Shown here: positions 16,376-23,848 of the stretch, in pieces
Numbering within the stretch: position 1 is the stretch's first letter
Layout of the letters: every line of letters begins with the position of its first letter
NCBI GenBank assembly: GCA_036570145.1
Contig: DATCPJ010000013.1
Coordinates: 1 to 37,545, forward strand
Source of the DNA: Candidatus Dormiibacterota bacterium
Lineage (GTDB): Bacteria; Chloroflexota; Dormibacteria; Dormibacterales; Dormibacteraceae
Reading direction: 5' to 3'
Length of the DNA stretch: 37,545 bases
Made by a program: the position numbers and the translations under genes
Notes under the pieces: model-generated
Database searches by the model: none
What the model was told of the DNA's origin: nothing
The model's input: the letters and a program-made list of their open reading frames with translations, nothing else

Positions 16376-17241
16376 GGCTTGCGGCCCAGCAGTCCCTGCG
16401 GGCGCGTCACCAGGACCAGGACGAGAAGGCCGAAGGCGATGGCGTTGGCATAGACCGATCCCGAGCCCGGGATCGACTGGGCGAAGACCTCGATCAGCCC
16501 GAAGAGCAGGCCGCCGACTACCGTGGCGCTCACCCGTCCCAGACCGCCCAGGATCACAACCACGAACGCCTGCAGCGTGTAGGGCTCGCCGGCGGTCGGG
16601 GTGATCGCCTGGATCAGCGCGATCAGGCCTCCCGCCACCCCGGCACAGGCGGCGCCGAGCCCGAACGTCAGCGCGTAGATGTGGCGGAGGTCGATCCCGA
16701 CCAGCTGCGCGGCGTCGCGGTCGGCGCCCACGGCCTGGATGGCGAGCCCGGTCCGAGTTCGGCCGAGGATCAGCCCCAGGATCCCGGCGAGGAGAAGGGC
16801 GATCGCAAGCGACGCCAGGCGGGTGTACGGGAGCACAAGAGGGCCGAGGTTCAACCCCGCACCCGCATAGCTCGGCGTCACCGACCGGAAATCGGACTTG
16901 AAGAGGAAGAGAAGGACGTTGATGATCACCAGGTTCACGCCGAAGGTGAGCAGGAAGGTGAAGAGCAGCGGAGCGCGGATCACGCGGTTGATGAGCAGGC
17001 GCTGGAGCGCGTAGCCGATCCCGAAGAGCAAGGCCGCGTCGAGCGGCAGGCTCAGGAACGGGTCCAGCCCGTAGCTGCTGAAGAGCTTCCACGTCAGGTA
17101 GGAACCGACGATGACAAGGGCCCCATGGGAGAGGTTGACGATGTTCAACACCCCCCATACCAGGCCGAAGCCGACGCCGACCGCGACGTAGACCCCGCCG
17201 ATCAGCAGGCCCAGGACGACCAGCTGGACGATGTAGGCCAA
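16372..17241 (-). CDS. livH: branched-chain amino acid ABC transporter permease LivH
   Basis: 289 aa, multi-TM, with a LivH-like N-terminus (QLVVLGLLIGGVYVAVGVGFGLVWGVLNIVNLSHG). Confidence 0.85.
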   Translation of the reverse strand: MAYIVQLVVLGLLIGGVYVAVGVGFGLVWGVLNIVNLSHGALVIVGSYLTWKLFSSYGLDPFLSLPLDAALLFGIGYALQRLLINRVIRAPLLFTFLLTFGVNLVIINVLLFLFKSDFRSVTPSYAGAGLNLGPLVLPYTRLASLAIALLLAGILGLILGRTRTGLAIQAVGADRDAAQLVGIDLRHIYALTFGLGAACAGVAGGLIALIQAITPTAGEPYTLQAFVVVILGGLGRVSATVVGGLLFGLIEVFAQSIPGSGSVYANAIAFGLLVLVLVTRPQGLLGRKP

Positions 17242-17251
17242 GACCCTACAC

Positions 17252-18487
17252 TCAGCGCTGGTCCCAGGCTGGAGTCGGGTACTTGGGCTGGGTGTCCGCC
17301 ACGCTCGGTGGATAGACGGTGTGGTGGGCGCCGCTCTGGATCTGTTCGACGACCATCGGCTTGTAGATGTTGAGGCCGCGGGTGTCGAACTTGATCTGGC
17401 CGAAGAAGGTCGTCACGTCCAGCTTGGCGAGGGCGTCGCGAACCTTCTTGGGGTCGGTCGATTTGGCGTTCTCGATGGCACGCTGGAAGGCGAGGCATGC
17501 CGCCGTGGACTCGGCTACGTGGTAGTCCGGATCGCCCGCCCCGGGGTACTTCTTGTGGTAGGCGTCGACGTATTGCTGAACTGTCAGGTAGAAGGCAGGC
17601 TTGTACTTCACCTGCGGCGTCCACTGGGAACCGTCGTAGACGAAGTCGGCGTCCTTGCCCAGGGCGCTGATGAAGTCAGGGGTCGAGGGGCCGACCGAGT
17701 AGGCGAAGATCTTCGCGTTCAGCTGCTGCTCCTTGGCCGCCTTGTTGATCGCGATCGCCTCCTGCAGGTGGCCGGAGTTGAGGACGATGTCGGGAGATGA
17801 GGCCTTGGCGGCCTGGACCTCGGCGACCAGGTTGGTGGCGCCGTTCTTGTACTTCTTGTAGACGACGATCTGCATCCCCTTGGTCGGCGCGTACTGGTTG
17901 ACCGCGTCGGCGACCTCGAGGCTGAAGTTGTCGTCGGCGCTGAGCAGTGCGATCTTGGTCGGCTTGGGATTCAGGGTGGCCGCCATGTCGATGACGCCCT
18001 GGAGGTACTTGTTGGCGGGGCTGAGCACACCGAAGGTGTACTGGTAGCTCTGGTTGAAGATCGCCTGGGCGGCCCCGTTGGCCTCGACCATGGGGATCTG
18101 GTTCTTCTCGGCGATGGCGGCGTCGGTCGCCGTCGCCGCCGAACCATAGGGGCCGAGCAGGAACTGCGCCTTGTCCTCGGTGATCAGCTTTTGCATCAGC
18201 ACCGCCGACTGGTTGGCGTTGCTGGTGTCGTCGTAGTACTTGATCTTGATCGGGTGCTTGACCCCGGCGATGTTGATGCCACCCTGCTGGTTGATCCAAT
18301 CCGCCCAGAGGTCGTAGCCCTGCTGGGTCAGCGTCGATTCCTTGGTGAGCGACCCGGTGAGCCCGAGGGGCGCGCCGAAGGTGATCGTCTCCCCCGTCGT
18401 GGTGGCGGTCCCACCCGAGTTCGACCCTCCGCAGGCGACTGTGACCAGTGCCGCGACAACCAGTACACCGAAACGTCGTCCAATCAT
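17252..18487 (-). CDS. ABC transporter substrate-binding lipoprotein (type I PBP, Leu/Ile/Val-binding family)
   Basis: 411 aa with a signal peptide and lipobox-like VTVAC. The periplasmic-binding-protein layout sits directly upstream of livHMGF. Confidence 0.85.
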   Translation of the reverse strand: MIGRRFGVLVVAALVTVACGGSNSGGTATTTGETITFGAPLGLTGSLTKESTLTQQGYDLWADWINQQGGINIAGVKHPIKIKYYDDTSNANQSAVLMQKLITEDKAQFLLGPYGSAATATDAAIAEKNQIPMVEANGAAQAIFNQSYQYTFGVLSPANKYLQGVIDMAATLNPKPTKIALLSADDNFSLEVADAVNQYAPTKGMQIVVYKKYKNGATNLVAEVQAAKASSPDIVLNSGHLQEAIAINKAAKEQQLNAKIFAYSVGPSTPDFISALGKDADFVYDGSQWTPQVKYKPAFYLTVQQYVDAYHKKYPGAGDPDYHVAESTAACLAFQRAIENAKSTDPKKVRDALAKLDVTTFFGQIKFDTRGLNIYKPMVVEQIQSGAHHTVYPPSVADTQPKYPTPAWDQR

Positions 18488-18537
18488 GAAACCCAGAATA
18501 AGCCCGACGACGGGAGCGTGGGACGTCGCTGGGCGAA

Positions 18538-19023
18538 TCAGGCTCGGGCGAGGGTGCGGCCGACGAGCCGGACCAGGTCCGTCTCGCTTCCCGAGCGGTT
18601 CTCCAGGTTCACCTGGAAGAGAGTCAACACGTCCTCCGGCTGGCGCTGGCGCGTGGTGGGAGCGTCGGGGGAGGTACCGGCACGCACGGCGTCGAGCGCA
18701 GGCAGCTGCTCGACCCTGATCTGCGCCATCTCGAGCCGCCGGCGAGCATCCTTGGAAAGCTGGCCGACTGCGGCCTCGACCAGCGACCGGAAGCGACCGG
18801 GCTCAATCCGCACCGGCGCCGGCCGCTTGCGCGAGAGACGGGAGGCGCGCCGGAAGGCGTCGTCGCTCGCTGCCGGCATCGCCGTGTAGCGGCTGACGCA
18901 GCCGAGCAGCCACCAGGCCTCGGCGTCCTTCGGCTGCCGCTCGCAGGCGGCCTGCGCGACCTCCAGCGCGTCGTGCATCTCTCCGGCCTCGTAAAGGGAC
19001 CGCGCCTGCTGTAGAAGCTCCAC
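18538..19023 (-). CDS. hypothetical protein: TPR-like N-terminus plus a zincin-like (PF06262-like) region lacking HExxH
   Basis: 161 aa with a GTG start. The N-terminus reads as TPR-like helices (ARSLYEAGEMHDALEVAQAACERQPKDAEAWWLLG). The C-terminal half resembles the small putative metallopeptidase family but stops before any HExxH. Confidence 0.5.
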   Translation of the reverse strand: MELLQQARSLYEAGEMHDALEVAQAACERQPKDAEAWWLLGCVSRYTAMPAASDDAFRRASRLSRKRPAPVRIEPGRFRSLVEAAVGQLSKDARRRLEMAQIRVEQLPALDAVRAGTSPDAPTTRQRQPEDVLTLFQVNLENRSGSETDLVRLVGRTLARA

Positions 19024-19051
19024 GGGCGCGGCTACTCTAGCTCACAGTCCG

Positions 19052-19537
19052 ATGAGGCTGTTCAGATCCCAACCCCGCATCGCACTCGCCGGCGCAGATG
19101 AGGCGGCGGCGATCGCCGGGCTCTACGCACGGGCCTGGGATGGCCTCCGCGGCAAGCTCGACGAGCGCCTGATCGCCGACCAGACGCCCGGCTCGGAAGA
19201 GGTGGCCGCCTGGCTCAAGGGTGGCTTCGAGGTGTTCACCGCCGTCTCTGACGGCGTACTCGTCGGCGTCGTCCGCTGCAGCTTCCCGACCGGCACCTGC
19301 CTGGTCGACCGGATGGCGGTGGATCCGGAGCGGAACAGCAACGGCATCGGCCGGGCGCTGGCCGAGCACGCCATCTCGCGGGCCCGGCGCGCTGGGGTGA
19401 CCAAGGTCTGGGTCCAGGCGACGCCCAAGCTGGAGGAGGTGGTGAACCTCTACCGCTCGCTCGGCTTCCGGGAGTCGGCGCATCTTCGCGCCCACTATTG
19501 GGGCGAGGACATGACCCTGATGGAGCTCCCGCTGTGA
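19052..19537 (+). CDS. GNAT-family N-acetyltransferase
   Basis: 161 aa. The acetyl-CoA motif A region is MAVDPERNSNGIGRALAEHAISRARRAG. Confidence 0.75.
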   Translation: MRLFRSQPRIALAGADEAAAIAGLYARAWDGLRGKLDERLIADQTPGSEEVAAWLKGGFEVFTAVSDGVLVGVVRCSFPTGTCLVDRMAVDPERNSNGIGRALAEHAISRARRAGVTKVWVQATPKLEEVVNLYRSLGFRESAHLRAHYWGEDMTLMELPL

Positions 19538-20097
19538 CGCCCGTGATCAGGACCGAGCGCCTGGTCGTCCGCTCCGCCGCCGAGACCGACGTCGCGGCGC
19601 TGATCCGCTTCTTCGACGAGAACCGCGAGCACATGGCTCCCTGGGAACCGCCCCGGCCGCCGGACTTCCACACCCAGGAGTTCTGGCGCATCCAGGTCGG
19701 CCGCCACCGCCGCGCGTTCGAGTCGGGCAGCGCCGTGATGCTCTTCATCTTCCCGATCGATCAGCCGGGAGACGTGATCGGACAGATCTCCTACACCTCG
19801 ATCGTGCGCGGCCCCGCCGACATGTGCATGCTCGGCTATGCGCTGGCCGAGCGCGCGCAGGGCAACGGCTACATGCACGAAGCGCTCCAGGCCACCAACG
19901 CCTACGTGTTCAAGCAGCTCAACATGCACCGCGTGATGGCCAACTTCATGCCGCACAACACGCGCAGCAACGCCGTCCTGCGCCGCCTTGGCTTCATCGT
20001 CGAGGGCTATGCGCGCGACTACCTCTTCGTCAACGGGACGTGGCGCGACCACGTGCTCACATCTCTCACCAACCAGGACTGGAAGCCGCTCGACTGA
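19534..20097 (+). CDS. GNAT-family N-acetyltransferase (RimJ/RimL-like)
   Basis: TERLVVR...D...L, GYALAERAQGNGYMHEAL and RLGF..EG....Y...NG.W.D form a typical RimJ/L layout. The GTG at 19534 overlaps the upstream TGA (19535-19537). Confidence 0.8.
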   Translation: MTPVIRTERLVVRSAAETDVAALIRFFDENREHMAPWEPPRPPDFHTQEFWRIQVGRHRRAFESGSAVMLFIFPIDQPGDVIGQISYTSIVRGPADMCMLGYALAERAQGNGYMHEALQATNAYVFKQLNMHRVMANFMPHNTRSNAVLRRLGFIVEGYARDYLFVNGTWRDHVLTSLTNQDWKPLD

Positions 20098-20125
20098 CGG
20101 CGCTTCCTTCGCACGGAAGGAGGTC

Positions 20126-20160
20126 GGAGGAAAAGGAGAAGCACGCGGCGTAGCGCGTGC
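20126..20160 (-). terminator. hairpin, possible terminator for the small minus-strand ORF (possibly bidirectional)
   Basis: GCACGCG (20141-20147) pairs with CGCGTGC (20154-20160) around a 6-nt loop. On the minus strand it is followed by TTCTCCTTTTCC. There is no clean U-tract. Confidence 0.3.
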
Positions 20161-20181
20161 CCTCCCTCACAGGGGTAGCTG

Positions 20182-20400
20182 TCAATAAATCGAGGTGCTC
20201 GGCCGCGGCCGGACCAGGACCGCCCGGGCGCCCGCGGCGGCAGCCCCCAGCAGCGCGATGACCGACCACCCGCTCCTACCATCCCGCGGACGTGGAGCGC
20301 TCGACCGTCGCGCCGACCTCTCCCGCGCGACCTGTGCCGCATAGCGGTGGCGATCTGCCATCAGCGCATTGGTGAGGTCGCTCGTCTGGAGACCGTGCAT
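20182..20400 (-). CDS. small hypothetical protein with a C-terminal hydrophobic segment
   Basis: 72 aa. The ATG is preceded by a strong GGAGGAGGAAGG Shine-Dalgarno region. The C-terminal segment WSVIALLGAAAAGARAVLV is TM-like. Confidence 0.4.
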   Translation of the reverse strand: MHGLQTSDLTNALMADRHRYAAQVARERSARRSSAPRPRDGRSGWSVIALLGAAAAGARAVLVRPRPSTSIY

Positions 20401-20507
20401 TGCCTTCCTCCTCCGGTTGATTTCCCCCCGCCGGGGATCTCGCCGAAGGCTAGCCCGCTCGGTTCTCGCCTCCTATGCCGCGCGCCACCGACGGATGTTG
20501 TCGTTCG

Positions 20508-21197
20508 TCACACTCGCGAGCCGCGCCTGCGAAGCTCGTCCGGCTTGAGCACCGTGATCGTTCCCCGAGCCTGGCTGATGTAACCCAGCTCCACGAACCG
20601 ATGGAGGGCGCGGTTGACGTTCTCGCGGCTCGCCCCGACCATCCCGGCCAGCGTGCGCTGGGAGAGCGGGATCCTGATCACGACACCCTCGGCGATGCGC
20701 TCACCGCGCCTCGTGGCGAGGTCGAGAAGCCGTTTGGCGACGCGTCCCGGGATGTCGAGGAAGGCGACCTCCGCCATCGCCTGGTCCTTGCGCTGGATGT
20801 AACCGATCAGGCTCGAGATCATCCGCAGCAGGAGTGCCGGGTGCTCGAGGAGGAAGGCGATGACCGGGTCGCGTGCGAGGAGCGCGCATTCGGTTGGCTC
20901 GAGGGCGATCGCGTCGGCGCTCCGCTCGCCTCCCGGCTCGAAGAGGGAGAGCTCACCGAACACCTCGCCGGGTCCGACGACCGCGAAAACGATCTCGCTT
21001 CCAGTGGCTCCGACCCGCAGGATCTTCACCTGCCCGCGCACGACGAGGTAGAGGTGCGAGCCGGGGTCGCCCTCCCGGAACAGGTAGGAGTCCTTGGCGA
21101 AGGTCCGCAGCCTGACCGCCGGCCGGAGCGCTTCCAGCTCGATCGCCGTCACGCCCTCGAAGATGGCGGTACCCGCGAGCAGCTGGATTGCATCCAC
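20508..21197 (-). CDS. Crp/Fnr-family transcriptional regulator
   Basis: 229 aa with a cNMP-binding beta-roll (FREGDPGSHLYLVVRGQVKI ... GEVFGELSLF) and a C-terminal HTH (SQRTLAGMVGASRENVNRALHRF). The GTG start overlaps the fumC TAG by 1 nt. Confidence 0.85.
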   Translation of the reverse strand: MDAIQLLAGTAIFEGVTAIELEALRPAVRLRTFAKDSYLFREGDPGSHLYLVVRGQVKILRVGATGSEIVFAVVGPGEVFGELSLFEPGGERSADAIALEPTECALLARDPVIAFLLEHPALLLRMISSLIGYIQRKDQAMAEVAFLDIPGRVAKRLLDLATRRGERIAEGVVIRIPLSQRTLAGMVGASRENVNRALHRFVELGYISQARGTITVLKPDELRRRGSRV

Positions 21198-22612
21198 TAA
21201 CCGCCGCCGGGGCCGCCCTCCAGGCCGGGCTTGGTCATCTTGGCGGGATCGAGGACCCTGGTCAGGGTCTTCTCGTCGACGCCCTTCTCGCGGGCGAGCT
21301 CGCGGATCGTCTTGCCCGTCCGTCCGGCCTCCTTGGCGATCTTGGCCGCCTCGTCGTAGCCGAGCACGGGAGCCAGGGCGGTCGCCAGCATGAGGCCCTT
21401 CTCGACCATTTCCGGGCCGCGTTCGGTGGCCTCGATGCCGTCGACGCAGCGGGTCGCGAAGTTGGCCGCCGAGCGGCCCAGCAAGGAGATCGACTCCAGG
21501 CTCGCGACGCCCGCCAGGGGCATCATCACGTTGAGCTCGAAGAAGCTGCCCGACTGGCCGCAGAGCGTCACCGTGGTGTCGTTACCGATGACCCGCGCGC
21601 AGGCCATCGTGAGCGACTCGATGATCACCGGGTTGACCTTGCCGGGCATGATGCTGCTGCCCGGCTGAACTTCCGGCAGAAGCAGCTCCCCGATGCCGGT
21701 GCGCGGCCCGCTGCCCATCAGCCGGATGTCGCCGCCGATCTTCCAGAGGCTGACGGCGATCGTCTTCAGGTGGCCGTGGGCGGAGACCTGGGCATCCAGC
21801 GTCGCCTGGGCGTGGAAGTGGTTGGAGGTCTCCCGGACCTTCACCCCGGTCCATTTCTGGAGCAGCTGGACGACCAGCCCGGGAAAGTCCGGGTGGGCGT
21901 TGATCCCGGTGCCGACGGCGGTGCCGCCGAGGGCGACCTCGCGCAGCTCGGCGAGCGCCAGCTCGGTCCTCCGGATGCCTTCCTCGACCTGGCCGGCGTA
22001 GCCGGAGAACTCCTGCCCGAGACGGATCGGGGTCGCGTCCTGGATGTGGGTCCGGCCCGTCTTGATGATCGGCATGAACTGTTTCGCCTTTCGGGACAGG
22101 GACGTGCGCAGCTGGCGGAGGGCCGGCACCAGGTCCTCCTGGATCGCCATCGCGCAGGCGAGGTTGATGGCGGTCGGGATGACGTCGTTGGAGGACTGGC
22201 AACGGTTGACATGGTCGTTCGGGTGGACCTTCAAGCCCGCCTTCTCGCCCTTTGCCCCGAGGATCTGGTTGGCGCGCGTCGCGATCACCTCATTGGCGTT
22301 GGTGTTGGTCGAGGTTCCCGAACCGGTCTGGTAGATGTCGATGGGAAAGTCCTCGTCCCATTTGCCGTCCGCCACCTCGGCGGCGGCCCTGGCGATCGCG
22401 TGGACCATCTCCGCCGGCACCAGGCCCAGCTCGCCGTTGACTTCGGCGGCCGCCTTCTTGATCAAGCCGAGGGCGCGGATGAAACGGCGCGGGAAGCGGG
22501 TCCCGGAGATCGGGAAGTTCTGGACCGCCCGCATGGTGGAGGCTCCGTAGAGCGCGTCGACGGGGACTTCCAACTCCCCCATGGAGTCTTTGACGGTTCG
22601 CGTTTCTGGCAT
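21197..22612 (-). CDS. fumC: class II fumarate hydratase
   Basis: 471 aa with QTGSGTSTNTNANEVIA and the GSSIMPGKVNP signature. A short Gly/Pro-rich C-terminal extension is present. Confidence 0.9.
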   Translation of the reverse strand: MPETRTVKDSMGELEVPVDALYGASTMRAVQNFPISGTRFPRRFIRALGLIKKAAAEVNGELGLVPAEMVHAIARAAAEVADGKWDEDFPIDIYQTGSGTSTNTNANEVIATRANQILGAKGEKAGLKVHPNDHVNRCQSSNDVIPTAINLACAMAIQEDLVPALRQLRTSLSRKAKQFMPIIKTGRTHIQDATPIRLGQEFSGYAGQVEEGIRRTELALAELREVALGGTAVGTGINAHPDFPGLVVQLLQKWTGVKVRETSNHFHAQATLDAQVSAHGHLKTIAVSLWKIGGDIRLMGSGPRTGIGELLLPEVQPGSSIMPGKVNPVIIESLTMACARVIGNDTTVTLCGQSGSFFELNVMMPLAGVASLESISLLGRSAANFATRCVDGIEATERGPEMVEKGLMLATALAPVLGYDEAAKIAKEAGRTGKTIRELAREKGVDEKTLTRVLDPAKMTKPGLEGGPGGG

Positions 22613-22706
22613 CGACTGGAAAGTCTAGGTTTAACACTTGGAAGGCCGTCCGCGCTCGCGTTAACGGGTGGCGTGGTCAGTCGGCTGGTCGTGCCGGAAT
22701 CGCCCG

Positions 22707-22911
22707 CCGATTCAACACAAAGTCACGAAGGCCACCAAGACGCACAAAGAAACGGGGTGGGGAAATGACAGCTTCGAACGCCGGCTGCCACGGCCAGGGC
22801 TGACGCGCTCTGCGGCGGCTCAAGAAAACGGCCTCCAGGGAATGGGTTAACGACTAATTCCTTTCCTTCGTGCGTCTTGGTGGCCTTCGTGTTTTTGTGT
22901 TTTTCGGACCC
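22707..22911. repeat. long imperfect inverted repeat built from CAC[A/G]AAG heptads, family B, copy 1
   Basis: The left arm (22707-22755) pairs with the right arm (22860-22907), including a 23-nt perfect core CACGAAGGCCACCAAGACGCAC. Four heptads begin at 22716, 22724, 22733 and 22743. The centre is 104 nt. It is related to 28759-28925. Confidence 0.75.
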
Positions 22912-22945
22912 TTCCGGTGTCGATTGATCTCGAGAGCTGTTCGGA

Positions 22946-23848
22946 CTACCTGGGGTTCATCCAGGCTCGGAGCGCGGGCGCGGCAAGCGCCTTCCAGGCC
23001 TCTCGCCAGCGACCTCGCATCTCGACCGCGACGGCCCTCTCGAGCCCGGCCAGCTGACCCGCCACGAAGGCCTGGCGGCCGCTGGTCGGCGCGGCTGCGA
23101 GCCATGCCTCGGTCGTCACCGCGTCCTGGTGGTCGCCGAGGATCGTCTGCAGCTCGGCCGCGGCGGCGGCGAAGGCGTGGGCCTCCTCGATGACCGGCTC
23201 GACCGCCTGGGCGGCGTAGCGGGCGCGCTTGGCGAGGATCCGGATCCGGTGCAGCTGGGCGTCGGCCGGGTTCCGGGGAAGGCCCCGGACGCCCTTGCGC
23301 AGCTTCTCCCAGGGCCCAGCGGCGAGTGGGCCGGCGATGGCACTCGCGGGCTGCGCCGCCAGGGCGGTCAGGGGCGGGGCGAGGGAGAACGCCTCGAGGC
23401 CGGCGAAGAGCCCCGTGAAGCGCTCCGAGTCGAGGTAGGCGATCGCGCTCACCCGGGCGGTCCTGATCTCCTCCTCGAGCACCTGGATGAGCTCCTCGAC
23501 GAGCTTGCGGTCGGGGCCCGGCACGACCTTGGCGTCGGCGCGGATTCGAGCGGCGAGGACTTCGCGGTCGCGAACCCCCCCGAGCTCCGCGGCGAGCACG
23601 GCAAGCTCGTCGACGAGCGGCCCCGTCTTCTCCGCCTCGAGGAAGTCCTGGAAGGTCCGCAGGTTGCTGCGCAGCCGGCGGACGGCGACCCGGGTCTTGC
23701 GGACGTGGTCCGGGTCGTGGCCGTCCCGCAGGCCTGCCTCGTGCTCCTTCATCGCCGCCACCGCGCTCCCGATCGAGCGGGCGACCAGCCGGCCCACAGT
23801 GAGCTCCTCCGGCTGCTCGGGCGGAGCTTGGGCGGCGACCTCAGCCAT
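22946..23848 (-). CDS. CHAD-domain protein
   Basis: 300 aa, all-helical, with repeated conserved His/Arg helices (HVRKTRVAVRRLRSNLRTF and HRIRILAKRARYAAQAV). The ATG overlaps the ppk1 stop by 8 nt (ATGGCTGA). Confidence 0.85.
   Translation of the reverse strand: MAEVAAQAPPEQPEELTVGRLVARSIGSAVAAMKEHEAGLRDGHDPDHVRKTRVAVRRLRSNLRTFQDFLEAEKTGPLVDELAVLAAELGGVRDREVLAARIRADAKVVPGPDRKLVEELIQVLEEEIRTARVSAIAYLDSERFTGLFAGLEAFSLAPPLTALAAQPASAIAGPLAAGPWEKLRKGVRGLPRNPADAQLHRIRILAKRARYAAQAVEPVIEEAHAFAAAAAELQTILGDHQDAVTTEAWLAAAPTSGRQAFVAGQLAGLERAVAVEMRGRWREAWKALAAPALRAWMNPR

Noticed and set aside
22707-22911. A CRISPR array as the explanation for the heptad repeats (also at 28759-28925).
   Set aside because: The repeat unit is only 7 nt with gaps of 1-4 nt. 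The arms are inverted copies of each other. There are no repeats of about 30 nt with unique spacers, and no cas genes in the window.
22668-23105. ORFs crossing the family B repeats, giving TKATKTHK and KNTKTRR peptides: 22668..22850, 22854..23105, and the tail of 28856..29680.
   Set aside because: The periodic Thr-Lys peptides are a by-product of translating CACAAAG/CACGAAG heptads. Both strands give similar artefacts and the ORFs have no start context.
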